IMG/VR virus record: IMGVR_UViG_3300032315_001657
Location: 11,109 to 75,108 of that record
Strand: one strand, 5' to 3'
Source of the DNA: a virus
Length of the DNA: 64,000 bases
How positions within the stretch are numbered: the first letter of the stretch is position 1; each line of letters opens with the position of its first letter. Positions 1-8,821 of this stretch are shown here, in pieces. The position numbers and the translations under genes are program-made. The notes beneath the pieces are model-generated. The model had not been told where the DNA came from. It made no database searches and saw nothing but the letters and a program-made list of their open reading frames with translations.

Positions 1-837
1 AGACATATAAATTATACCTTATTTCATTCAGAAAAAAAGGTAATAACTCACCCTTGGGGCCCAGTGCATTATGTACATCCGGAAAATGATATGCATTTAA
101 CTACTGTTAACTATCTAGGGGTATTAAATGATGACTATACCTGGAAATATTATTCTCGGGTAGACACTTCCCTATTAGATAAAGAACCTATCTGGGAATT
201 TATAGGTTTAGAAGACGGAAGAGTTGTCCGCTGGAACGATAAATTGTATTTAACAGGTGTTAGAAGAGACACTACAACTAACGGCCAGGGACGAATGGAG
301 TTATCAGAAATAGTAGAAGAAAATCAGACCTTTAAAGAAGTTTCTCGCAAAAGAATACCGGCTCCAGGAGATGATGGCTCGTATTGTGAAAAAAATTGGA
401 TGCCGGTGCTAGATAGACCCTTCGAGTATGTTAAGTGGTGTAACCCTACTCAAGTAGTTAGGGCCGGGTTAAATGATAATCCAACTATTGAAGTACATTT
501 AGGGGAATATCAGTATCAAAATTGGGATTTTCGTGGTAGTTCTCAAATTGTGCCTTACAAAGATTATTATATTTGTATTGTACATACTTGTTATCTTTAT
601 AAAAGTGCAACCGGGAGAAGGGATGCTAAATACCGGCATTTGTTTATAGTGTGGGACAAAAACTGGAATGTTATAAAGTATGGAGAACCCTTTTCTTTTT
701 TAAACGGAGATATCGAATTTTGCTGCGGTATGTGTATTTGGAAGGATAAATTTTTAATTACTTTTGGTTTTCAAGACAATTCTTCATTTTTATTAGAATG
801 TCCAAAAGATTTTATAGAAGAGTTTTTATCGATATGA
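1..837 (+). CDS. Beta-propeller glycosidase-like protein (GH130/GH43-like), 5' truncated
   Basis: Frame is open from base 1 (RHINYTLFHSEKK...). Motifs GLEDGRVV, EKNWMP, RGSSQIV and IEFCCG are typical of phage predicted glycosylases. Confidence 0.55.
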   Translation, partial: RHINYTLFHSEKKVITHPWGPVHYVHPENDMHLTTVNYLGVLNDDYTWKYYSRVDTSLLDKEPIWEFIGLEDGRVVRWNDKLYLTGVRRDTTTNGQGRMELSEIVEENQTFKEVSRKRIPAPGDDGSYCEKNWMPVLDRPFEYVKWCNPTQVVRAGLNDNPTIEVHLGEYQYQNWDFRGSSQIVPYKDYYICIVHTCYLYKSATGRRDAKYRHLFIVWDKNWNVIKYGEPFSFLNGDIEFCCGMCIWKDKFLITFGFQDNSSFLLECPKDFIEEFLSI

Positions 838-3782
838 ATGAAGAAATTAGAAATATTTTAATGGGTAATTCTTTTTTAGAAAAGGAATACGTTTTTCCCT
901 CTTTACCTGTTAATAAAAAATTTACTATTATAATACCCTATAGAGATAATTCTGAACAAAAACGTAAACAGCAATTAAAAATTCTAATACCCCATTTAGA
1001 GAACAAGCTAAAAAGTAAAAATGCTAACTTTAATATTATTGTTATAGAACAAAATAACTATAAAGAATTTAATAGGGGAGCTCTATTAAATGTTGGTGCT
1101 GATTTAGCACATAAATCAAATTCGTCTTATATAATTTTGCATGATGTAGATATACTACCTGATGATGATTTAATTGAATATTATTTAACAGAACCTAAGA
1201 CTGATGAAGTATGGCATATAGGTAAACAAATAACAAAGTACAAATATAATACTTTTTTTGGAGCCGCAAATAGTTTTTCTTTAAAAACCTTTAAAAAAAT
1301 TAACGGTTACCCTAACAGTTTTTGGGGCTGGGGAGGAGAGGATGATTGTTTATTAATAAGATTTACTAATCTTAAGCATGCAAAAATTATTAGACCAAAT
1401 AAGGGTAAGTATAAGGAACTACAAGTTGAGGTAATTCGACAAGACCCTTTAAGAGAAGAATTAAAAACAAAAAAAATTATAAATGACAAAAAAAATTGGA
1501 CTAATGATGGTTTCAATCAAATAAGTTACGAAATTTTAAATACTAAAAATTTAAATTCCAATACTCAAAAACTTACAGTTAATTTATTATTAGATAAATT
1601 TAAAATTGACCCTCCAAAAGAGCAGGATATTTTTACAGAATTTGCATACAACACAGAAGATGCTGAATTAAACTTTAAATTAGGGTTACATTATCATGGT
1701 ATGAATCAGACTGCTTCAGCATTTAGTCATTATTATCGCTGTGCAGAAAGAACAACAGATGAGACATTGAGATATGAGTGTTTATTACGGTGTTATATGT
1801 GTTTTATGAGTCAGACAAATAGGGACTTTACAGCACTTCATTGCTTAAAACAAGCAGTTTGTTTATTGCCCGAGAGGCCTGAAGCTTATTTCTTAATAGC
1901 TAAACATTACGAAGATCATAAAGAATATTACGATTGTTATACATACTGTAACATAGCATTAAATCTATGTAATTTTAATCTCCCTAGTTTAAAAACTTGG
2001 GTCAATTACCCAGGCAAGTACGGTTTACTTTTTCAAAAAGCTATCTCGGGGTGGTGGTGGGATAAAATAGATGAAACATATGATATTTTAACTGGGTTAT
2101 TAACAGATTACCCGGATTTACCAGAAGAGTATAAAATCATAATAAAAAATAATTTAAAAAACTTTTATAAAGAGGCAAAATATAGATACACATTACCCGA
2201 AGAAATTGTACAAACAAAAAATGTTATTGACTGTTTTAGTTTCTTTTCAGGATACGGAAAAGAAATGCTTGAGCTTAGATACAACATATTAAAAGATCAT
2301 GTAGATTATTTTGTACTATGCGAGCTTAATACAACTCATACTGGCACATTAATAAAGCTAGAGGCAGCTAATTTAATAGAGCAGCTCGGCTTACCTAAAG
2401 AAAAATTTATTATTATAAATTTAAATATTCCTGAAGAAGAAAACTTAGAGATACAGGAAATAGACCGGTTGAACTGTATGTGCGGTAATCATGAAAATAA
2501 AGATTCTTTATACAGTCGAGTACGTGAAAGATTACAGAAAGATGCTATACAGCAAATTTATGATGTTTTTAATAATGATACAGTTTTTATACATAGTGAT
2601 TTAGACGAAATTATTAACCCTAAATATCTTAAATGGTTTGCCGACCAAGCAAGAAGAACACCTGACAACATTATAAAGGTACCTCTTGTTTATTTACAAG
2701 GAAGAGCTGATTTAAGAACATATTTTAAGGACTCTAATACCCCTGCTCCTTGGGATGATAATCTTTTTCTATGTCTCAAATCTCATTTACAAAATGCAAG
2801 TCCGACCCAAATAAGATCAAATAAATTTACCCCCTATAGTAATGTATACATTACACAAAATAATGAAATTGTTCGAGACGCTGGGTGGCATTTTTCATGG
2901 ATGGGAAATTCTGATATTAAAAAAATAAAACAAAAATCGTTTATACATTATACTGATAAATTTGACTTTGTAGCGGGGGGTAGCTACAACAATACTGAGC
3001 TTAATAATATTCTTAATGTAGAAGATTTAGAAAATAAAATACCTCCAAGCGGAGAAAAGGATAAAATTTTACAAAAATATAATGTTAATTTATTACCTAA
3101 TGAAATTTTTAAACTTGACAGAGTAAAGAAGTTTTTATTACCAAATTGTAAAGAAGTTAATTTTTTAGAAAATATACCAGATGTATTGCAAAATATATAT
3201 GGGTTTTGTAGTGTTAAAAAAGCTACAGTATTAATAGACTTAATAACAAAAAATAAATTACAAACGATTGTTGAAATAGGGGTGTTAGAAGGAAGCTCTC
3301 TTATGCCTCAGGCATTAGCCGTTAAGCAGGCTGGTTCAGGTAAAGTATATGGTATAGATCCTTGGTCTCAAGAAGAGTCTTTACAGTATACAAAAGATGA
3401 AAATCATAAAAATTATTGGGGCACTATTAATCATGATGTTTTTTATAACAACTTTTTAAATCACTTACAGAATTATAATGTTGAGGGGGTTGTTGAAGTT
3501 CTTAAGACTACTAGTAAAGAAGCATCTGAAAAATTTTTACCTAATACTATAGATTTGTTACATGTTGATGGTAATCATTCTGAAGAAAAAAGCTTTGAGG
3601 ATGTTTGTTTATATTTACCTCTTGTAAAAAAAGGTGGTTTTATAGTATTTGACGATTTACATTGGGTAGATGGTGGTAAGAATACTACTCATAAAGCTGC
3701 AAAATATCTACAACAACATTGTGCTGAAATAGAACAAATAACAGATGAGCTTGGAAATTTCTTTGTTATTTTTCAAAAGTAA
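834..3782 (+). CDS. Multidomain protein: GT7 (beta-1,4-GalT-like) + TPR + GT17-like + class I SAM methyltransferase (Methyltransf_24)
   Basis: GT7: FNRGALLNVG, HDVDILP, NGYPNSFWGWGGEDD. TPR-like helices (LLPERPEAYFLIA). GT17: VIDCFSFF, VDYFVLCE, SDLDEI, GWHFSW. MTase: EIGVLEGSS, GIDPW, HVDGNH, GGFIVFDD. ATG at 834 overlaps the upstream TGA. Confidence 0.8.
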   Translation: MNEEIRNILMGNSFLEKEYVFPSLPVNKKFTIIIPYRDNSEQKRKQQLKILIPHLENKLKSKNANFNIIVIEQNNYKEFNRGALLNVGADLAHKSNSSYIILHDVDILPDDDLIEYYLTEPKTDEVWHIGKQITKYKYNTFFGAANSFSLKTFKKINGYPNSFWGWGGEDDCLLIRFTNLKHAKIIRPNKGKYKELQVEVIRQDPLREELKTKKIINDKKNWTNDGFNQISYEILNTKNLNSNTQKLTVNLLLDKFKIDPPKEQDIFTEFAYNTEDAELNFKLGLHYHGMNQTASAFSHYYRCAERTTDETLRYECLLRCYMCFMSQTNRDFTALHCLKQAVCLLPERPEAYFLIAKHYEDHKEYYDCYTYCNIALNLCNFNLPSLKTWVNYPGKYGLLFQKAISGWWWDKIDETYDILTGLLTDYPDLPEEYKIIIKNNLKNFYKEAKYRYTLPEEIVQTKNVIDCFSFFSGYGKEMLELRYNILKDHVDYFVLCELNTTHTGTLIKLEAANLIEQLGLPKEKFIIINLNIPEEENLEIQEIDRLNCMCGNHENKDSLYSRVRERLQKDAIQQIYDVFNNDTVFIHSDLDEIINPKYLKWFADQARRTPDNIIKVPLVYLQGRADLRTYFKDSNTPAPWDDNLFLCLKSHLQNASPTQIRSNKFTPYSNVYITQNNEIVRDAGWHFSWMGNSDIKKIKQKSFIHYTDKFDFVAGGSYNNTELNNILNVEDLENKIPPSGEKDKILQKYNVNLLPNEIFKLDRVKKFLLPNCKEVNFLENIPDVLQNIYGFCSVKKATVLIDLITKNKLQTIVEIGVLEGSSLMPQALAVKQAGSGKVYGIDPWSQEESLQYTKDENHKNYWGTINHDVFYNNFLNHLQNYNVEGVVEVLKTTSKEASEKFLPNTIDLLHVDGNHSEEKSFEDVCLYLPLVKKGGFIVFDDLHWVDGGKNTTHKAAKYLQQHCAEIEQITDELGNFFVIFQK

Positions 3783-3797
3783 TATATACTACCTAAT

Positions 3798-4064
3798 ATG
3801 CAGGAAATTGTTAAAGAGGTAGCAGGCATCATAATGACTTTATGTTTTATGTTTTGCTATATTCCACAGATTATTAAAATATACAAAAACAAATCATCGG
3901 AAGGTGTCTCTCTAATGTTAATTTTAATGTGTATTGGAGGGTATGTTTCTGGAATGGTGTACTTATTTCTTGGAACTTTCGGACTTTGGTGGTTTATGAA
4001 TTATTGTGTTGGGCTCATTATGTGCTCAATTCTTGTGTACGCTTGGTTTAAGTATAAGAAATAA
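3798..4064 (+). CDS. SemiSWEET / PQ-loop family transporter
   Basis: 88 aa, three hydrophobic helices, YIPQIIKIYKNKSSEGVS PQ-loop motif. Confidence 0.8.
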   Translation: MQEIVKEVAGIIMTLCFMFCYIPQIIKIYKNKSSEGVSLMLILMCIGGYVSGMVYLFLGTFGLWWFMNYCVGLIMCSILVYAWFKYKK

Positions 4065-4065
4065 T

Positions 4066-4140
4066 GCGCGCGTAGCTTAGCGGTAGAGCAGGTCCTTTAC
4101 ACGGACAAGGTCGGGAGTTCAATCCTCTCCGCGCGTACCA
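4066..4140 (+). tRNA. tRNA-Val(TAC)
   Basis: Cloverleaf with GCGCGCG/CGCGCGT acceptor, loop TT-TAC-AC, GTTCAATCC T-loop and encoded CCA. Confidence 0.95.
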
Positions 4141-4155
4141 TTCTTAAATAATGCT

Positions 4156-4518
4156 ATGAAAAGAGTAGTGACGATAGATTTTGACGAAACCCTTGCAACA
4201 GAAAAAAATATGGGTTGGGGTAAGTCTTTGGTTCCGTATCAAACTATTTTAGATTTAATAAACAAGGAACATAAACAAGGGTCTGAGATTCATATTGTTT
4301 CTTTTAGATCTGAAAAAGAAAGACCAGAAGTTGAGCGTTTTGTTAGAATGTACAATCTACCTATTAAATCTATTGTTTGCACTAATCTACAAAGCAAAAC
4401 GCCTTATCTTCTTAAGCTCAGTTCAAACCTTCATGTTGACGATATGAAGTTTGCTTTAGATGATGCTCAAGAGGCGGGCATAGAAACTCTTCATTTTAAA
4501 GAAGGTAAATTTATTTAA
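4156..4518 (+). CDS. HAD-superfamily phosphatase-like protein
   Basis: DFDETL motif I and HVDD motif IV; TAAATA at 4145-4150 upstream. Confidence 0.7.
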   Translation: MKRVVTIDFDETLATEKNMGWGKSLVPYQTILDLINKEHKQGSEIHIVSFRSEKERPEVERFVRMYNLPIKSIVCTNLQSKTPYLLKLSSNLHVDDMKFALDDAQEAGIETLHFKEGKFI

Positions 4519-4527
4519 ATTTTTTTC

Positions 4528-4555
4528 TTGCAGTTCAGACTGAACTCCGTATAAT
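4528..4555 (+). promoter_or_regulatory. Sigma70-type early promoter with a palindrome in the spacer
   Basis: TTGCAG-16 nt-TATAAT; inverted repeat AGTTCAG-A-CTGAACT at 4532-4546. Confidence 0.65.
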
Positions 4556-4567
4556 GGTGAGTGCAAT

Positions 4568-5638
4568 ATGAACGCAACATTAACTAAAGCCTACAACAAA
4601 CAGGCAAACATCGTCCGGGAGAGCTATTCGCATTTTCGGAAACAACCGGTCCGTCTTTCGAATATTCGTCGGGATGGAAAACTATTCACAGTCAATGATG
4701 TGGAAGTCACATCCAGGGCTCTTAATGATCTGGCAAATATCTTCTCGATTAAAGCGAGTTTGGTGGACCAGATTGAAAATGACAAAGAACAATGGCAGCC
4801 ACTTCAGCATGCCTTGACTAACATCAAAAAAGATCGCACAGTTACAGCAATTGTGAATGAAGGTTCAACTTCTCGTCCTTTCATTACAAAATTTGTTGAT
4901 GCCTCAATTGAAGAAGCAACACCTCTAAACTTCGATAAGGGTATCGAACAAATCGGGGGGTATCTTGAAACAGCAGAAGGAGATCTTGAAATTCGTAATT
5001 TTCACTTCAATTCTGATAGTTTGAGTCTTGAGCTCAACATACAAGATAAGTCTAACAACATTGACGTCTTTAAAGATGGTAATGATATCTGGAATCCGGG
5101 GTTCGGTATTAACTATGGAGAAAATCGCACCTCGATTGCTCCGTATTACCTCCGTCTAGTGTGTACTAACGGTATGACCGCGGCGCATGAAATTCTTCAA
5201 CGCTATTTTAACAATAAGCCTATGAAGCAAGAAACATTTAATAAGTTGATTAACAATGTTGTTGAAAGAGACATGCACGTCCTTTGTCAAGCAAATGGTA
5301 GCCGCTTAAAGAATGTTAATTGCTCCCTTCGGGAGTTCTTCGCAGCTCGTAGTATTTTGAGTGGTAAAAAAGAGCCACAAAAAGAGTACTTTGATGACAC
5401 CGAGATTCAAGAGGCTTATAAGCCTTATAGTATTCGGTATAAGAACAAACGTTGGTTAGCATCTGCTAATAGCAATGTTAACGGTTACGATCTGTTCAAC
5501 CGACTCACTCATGCTGCTAGTCACAAGGCGACCTTGCCTATGGCTACTAGAACAGCTTTGAATGCCTTAGCTTCAGAATTGTTCTTCAAAGGACCAGACC
5601 TATCTTTTCAAGCTCCTAATCCGTTTAGTAGGAATTAA
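4568..5638 (+). CDS. DUF932-like phage protein
   Basis: RLVCTNGM motif; C-terminal YDLFNRLTHAASH. Confidence 0.6.
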   Translation: MNATLTKAYNKQANIVRESYSHFRKQPVRLSNIRRDGKLFTVNDVEVTSRALNDLANIFSIKASLVDQIENDKEQWQPLQHALTNIKKDRTVTAIVNEGSTSRPFITKFVDASIEEATPLNFDKGIEQIGGYLETAEGDLEIRNFHFNSDSLSLELNIQDKSNNIDVFKDGNDIWNPGFGINYGENRTSIAPYYLRLVCTNGMTAAHEILQRYFNNKPMKQETFNKLINNVVERDMHVLCQANGSRLKNVNCSLREFFAARSILSGKKEPQKEYFDDTEIQEAYKPYSIRYKNKRWLASANSNVNGYDLFNRLTHAASHKATLPMATRTALNALASELFFKGPDLSFQAPNPFSRN

Positions 5639-5656
5639 AAAATAGTAATATTAAAC

Positions 5657-5689
5657 AAGCACCCCTCGGCGCGCCGAGGGGTTTGCTTT
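5657..5689 (+). terminator. Rho-independent terminator
   Basis: ACCCCTCGGC-GC-GCCGAGGGGT hairpin followed by TTGCTTT. Confidence 0.8.
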
Positions 5690-5728
5690 AACTATTGATG
5701 TAAATATAATTTCCTTTATTATAAGCTT

Positions 5729-6118
5729 ATGAAAGTAGAGTATTTTAAAGATTGTGGAGGTTCTCCTGAGCATGAACGTAATGACTGTACTGTAAGAGCT
5801 TTAGCTATATCAACTGGAGGCTCGTATCATGAGGCTTATATGGTTCTTAATAGTTTTGGTCGAAGAGCTAATAAAGGGACTAACATCCGCAAATTTTTTA
5901 AAAATAATTGTATAGTCTTAAACAAAGTGTTTACGAAGTTGAAATTTCGTAAACAAATTACACTTAATAAATTTGTACAAAAATACCCTACCGGTACATT
6001 TTACGTAAGAATAACTCGGCACGTTTTTGTAGTTAAAGATGGAGTAGCCATAGATATGACTAGACCTAAAACCTTTTGTCGTATTACCGATGCCTGGGAA
6101 GTTACCGAAATTGTTTAA
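5729..6118 (+). CDS. Hypothetical phage protein (DCTVRALAI motif)
   Basis: 129 aa ORF; Cys...His pair reminiscent of a papain-like fold. Confidence 0.6.
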   Translation: MKVEYFKDCGGSPEHERNDCTVRALAISTGGSYHEAYMVLNSFGRRANKGTNIRKFFKNNCIVLNKVFTKLKFRKQITLNKFVQKYPTGTFYVRITRHVFVVKDGVAIDMTRPKTFCRITDAWEVTEIV

Positions 6119-6126
6119 ATATTAAT

Positions 6127-6405
6127 ATGCAATTTGATAGATTAGTTGAAGAACTACTAACAGAGATGCCTTATATAGAAATTGGAGATCAAATTATTGA
6201 TTTAGAAGTTGAGCTATATAAGGAAAGACCAGAAGAATTTATTGACAAATTAAAAAGTATCTTACAGGGTAATAGGGTAACAGGTAAATACAACTCCTCC
6301 ATACAATTAACAACGCCGGAAGAAAAACAAGAGTTTCTCAAAAAAATAAAATTAAATTACATGTTAAAAGGATTTATACCTGGAGATCTTATCGATAGTT
6401 TATAA
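6127..6405 (+). CDS. Hypothetical late protein
   Basis: ATG at 6127 after TAAATA (6116-6121); N-terminus MQFDRLVEELLTE. Confidence 0.6.
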   Translation: MQFDRLVEELLTEMPYIEIGDQIIDLEVELYKERPEEFIDKLKSILQGNRVTGKYNSSIQLTTPEEKQEFLKKIKLNYMLKGFIPGDLIDSL

Positions 6406-6416
6406 AATAGTGCATT

Positions 6417-6908
6417 ATGGGCCCAACCTCGATTGCACCTGATGAAATTTTAGATATTAAAAAACAATATTACTCTTGGAATCGTTTTCATGAACTTATT
6501 AATAGGGTTAAGAAACAAATTGATATTCCACCTAATTTAATTGTATCTATTGGTAAAGGGGGATCCATTCCCGGTGTTGTTTTAGCTGAAATGTTTGAGT
6601 GTAATAATATAAATTTAGGTTTAAAATCCTATAAGGGACACTCTCGGGGTAACATTCATGAGTATCAATCTATTGGCTGTTTTAATGGGTTTAGAGATGC
6701 TAATATTCTTATTGTTGATGATCTTGCCGATTCAGGTGAAACTTTTCTTTATGCGGTTAAAAAGTTTAAAGGTAATGGTTGTGAGAATATAAGAACAGCC
6801 TCAGTATTTTATAAGCCTTGTTCAAGGTTTAAGCCTGACTATTTTGCAGAAGAAGTGGATAGCAAGATCTGGATCGTGCTGCCTTGGGAGACTATGGAAG
6901 TTCAGTAA
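6417..6908 (+). CDS. Type I purine phosphoribosyltransferase (Gpt-like)
   Basis: SIGKGG, PRPP-binding ILIVDDLADSGET, WIVLPWE. Confidence 0.85.
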   Translation: MGPTSIAPDEILDIKKQYYSWNRFHELINRVKKQIDIPPNLIVSIGKGGSIPGVVLAEMFECNNINLGLKSYKGHSRGNIHEYQSIGCFNGFRDANILIVDDLADSGETFLYAVKKFKGNGCENIRTASVFYKPCSRFKPDYFAEEVDSKIWIVLPWETMEVQ

Positions 6909-7308
6909 TAAACTTCTTATATAAATCCCAATACGATTTAAAAACAGAAGTTAATTTCTCCGGCTTAACCTTTTTATAGTTAATCCATTTATAGTCTATA
7001 TGCTCCCAGGATAGAGTGGGCATAAAACTATCATTAACCACCATAAAAAATGAGTAAACAGGCTGTTTTTCTCCTTCTTTAGTAATCTTTAATTTACCCA
7101 CTAAATTACCCTCAGGCATTAGTCCAATCTCTTCTATACACTCTCTCTGAGCAGTTTCTAGAGGTGAATATTCATCTTCCTCCCTGTGACCTCCGGGAAA
7201 TGTATATTTACCGTTTTCTTTTTGTAGTAGAAGTACCTCTTTTTGTGGGGTAACAAAAACTATACCTGCACCGATGTATTTTATTTTAATAAATTCTGCA
7301 AAGCTCAT
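6892..7308 (-). CDS. NUDIX hydrolase
   Basis: Nudix box PGGHREEDEYSPLETAQRECIEEIG. Confidence 0.9.
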   Translation of the reverse strand: MSFAEFIKIKYIGAGIVFVTPQKEVLLLQKENGKYTFPGGHREEDEYSPLETAQRECIEEIGLMPEGNLVGKLKITKEGEKQPVYSFFMVVNDSFMPTLSWEHIDYKWINYKKVKPEKLTSVFKSYWDLYKKFITELP

Positions 7309-7310
7309 GG

Positions 7311-7338
7311 TTGATGTTTAATATAAATAATTTATAAT
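7311..7338 (+). promoter_or_regulatory. Nested early (sigma70) and late (T4-type) promoters for bS21
   Basis: TTGATG-16 nt-TATAAT with a perfect TATAAATA at 7322-7329 inside the spacer. Confidence 0.55.
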
Positions 7339-7345
7339 ACAACTC

Positions 7346-7570
7346 ATGGAAAATATAGCAGTTTATTTACAAAAAGGGGAATTTTCAGGTAGAGAACATA
7401 TTGATCGAGTACTCAAAAGGCTTAAAGGCAAAATGGAGTCAGAGGGTATTTTAGATACCGTCCGCTCCAAAAAGGCCTTTGAGAATGAAACTCAAAAAAG
7501 ACAACGTAAAGCTAAGAAGCTAGCAAAACAACGTAAGCTTCAAAAGCTTAAGCGGCAGCACCAGTCTTAG
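7346..7570 (+). CDS. rpsU: Ribosomal protein bS21
   Basis: IDRVLKRLKGKMESEGILDTVRSKKAFENETQKRQRK matches the S21 pattern (I/VDxALKRxK...GIL..VR...FE.PT..R.RK). Confidence 0.85.
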   Translation: MENIAVYLQKGEFSGREHIDRVLKRLKGKMESEGILDTVRSKKAFENETQKRQRKAKKLAKQRKLQKLKRQHQS

Positions 7571-7751
7571 CAGCTTTGCGGGAGTTCTTCTCTTCTTGAA
7601 TGGCTTTACGTTCGTTTTTGACATATTTACCAATCTCTTGAAGGGCTTTACGAGCACGAGACCCTGCAGCATTGTTCCCTCCGTAAAACTTTTCAGCTTC
7701 TACGGAAAAAGTTTCAACGATTTGTTTTAGTGTGTCTGTAGTATTAGGCAT
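7548..7751 (-). CDS. Histone H1-like (Hc1 family) small basic protein
   Basis: GNNAAGSRARKALQEI matches the GNKAAGTRARK signature. Confidence 0.8.
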   Translation of the reverse strand: MPNTTDTLKQIVETFSVEAEKFYGGNNAAGSRARKALQEIGKYVKNERKAIQEEKNSRKAAKTGAAA

Positions 7752-7804
7752 AATATCAATAGTTATTTGCATTTGTATGCTTTTTCAACTAATTAATTTT
7801 ACCT

Positions 7805-8560
7805 ATGAATAAAAAAAGTTTAAATTTGGATATGTCAACTAGTGGCTATACGAATTTAGCAGGTATAGCTACTCTTTATAATGAATTTTTTTCTCGGCAT
7901 GATTATAGATGGTGGTATGAGGTACACCCTGGAGATATTGTTGTGGATGTTGGTGGTTGTATTGGTATGTTTACCTGTTTAGCTTTAGATAGCGGTGCAA
8001 GTAAAGTTTTTACAGTAGAACCTAATCCATCCCTCGCAAAAACTATTCTCAAAAATGCATCAATACACATTTTTAATAAAAAAGACTCACCTGTAACTAT
8101 TATTAATAAAGCTATTGGTACTGACAGTACTTATTTTAAACACATATATGGTAATAAATATATGAACTCAAATGATATTGGTGCTGAATTAACTGAAGAA
8201 GAATTTAATGCTTTAGAGCTAATATCCTTTAAAGAATTTATAAAGCAATACGACATTAAGCATATAGATTATCTTAAGATAGATTGTGAAGGTGGAGAGT
8301 TTGATATTTTAACTGCTGAAAACCTTGATTTTATAAAAAATAATGTAAAGCATATAGCTGTAGAGTTTCATATAGGGGCTTTTGAAGATGGCCCAGAAAG
8401 ATATAATAAATTTAAAGATACTTTTTTATCTCAATTTGATAAAAGTAAAATTAAGTTTTTAAACTCTGAAGATTATGAAAAAGCTTTTAATATAGACTGG
8501 ACAAAACGACAAGAGGGATGGAGAACAAGTGTCTTTATGATATACATATGTAATTTTTAA
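7805..8560 (+). CDS. FkbM-family methyltransferase
   Basis: VVDVGGCIGMF, VEPNP, IDYLKIDCEGGE, VEFH. Confidence 0.9.
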   Translation: MNKKSLNLDMSTSGYTNLAGIATLYNEFFSRHDYRWWYEVHPGDIVVDVGGCIGMFTCLALDSGASKVFTVEPNPSLAKTILKNASIHIFNKKDSPVTIINKAIGTDSTYFKHIYGNKYMNSNDIGAELTEEEFNALELISFKEFIKQYDIKHIDYLKIDCEGGEFDILTAENLDFIKNNVKHIAVEFHIGAFEDGPERYNKFKDTFLSQFDKSKIKFLNSEDYEKAFNIDWTKRQEGWRTSVFMIYICNF

Positions 8561-8626
8561 AAAATTACTAAAGAAATTAAACTTTATATTTGCAATACCT
8601 TATTAATACAATAAATTTATAGTGTT

Positions 8627-8740
8627 ATGAAATACATCCTACTCGCAGTTTTGGTAGTCTCTGCTGTTATGACTACTGCTTGTGCCTCTAAAAAAGAATG
8701 CACACCATGTAATAAAACTGTCGTCACCACGACTAAATAA
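8627..8740 (+). CDS. Small putative lipoprotein (37 aa)
   Basis: Manual translation MKYILLAVLVVSAVMTTA-CASKKECTPCNKTVVTTTK shows a signal peptide and a lipobox-like Cys; below the ORF-track cutoff. Confidence 0.6.
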   Translation: MKYILLAVLVVSAVMTTACASKKECTPCNKTVVTTTK

Positions 8741-8821
8741 TAATAATGTTTTATTACATACAAAACGAAAATAATAGAAAACCTCCCTTTACGGGCTGAG
8801 TTCTTGATTCGTTTTGTTTTG

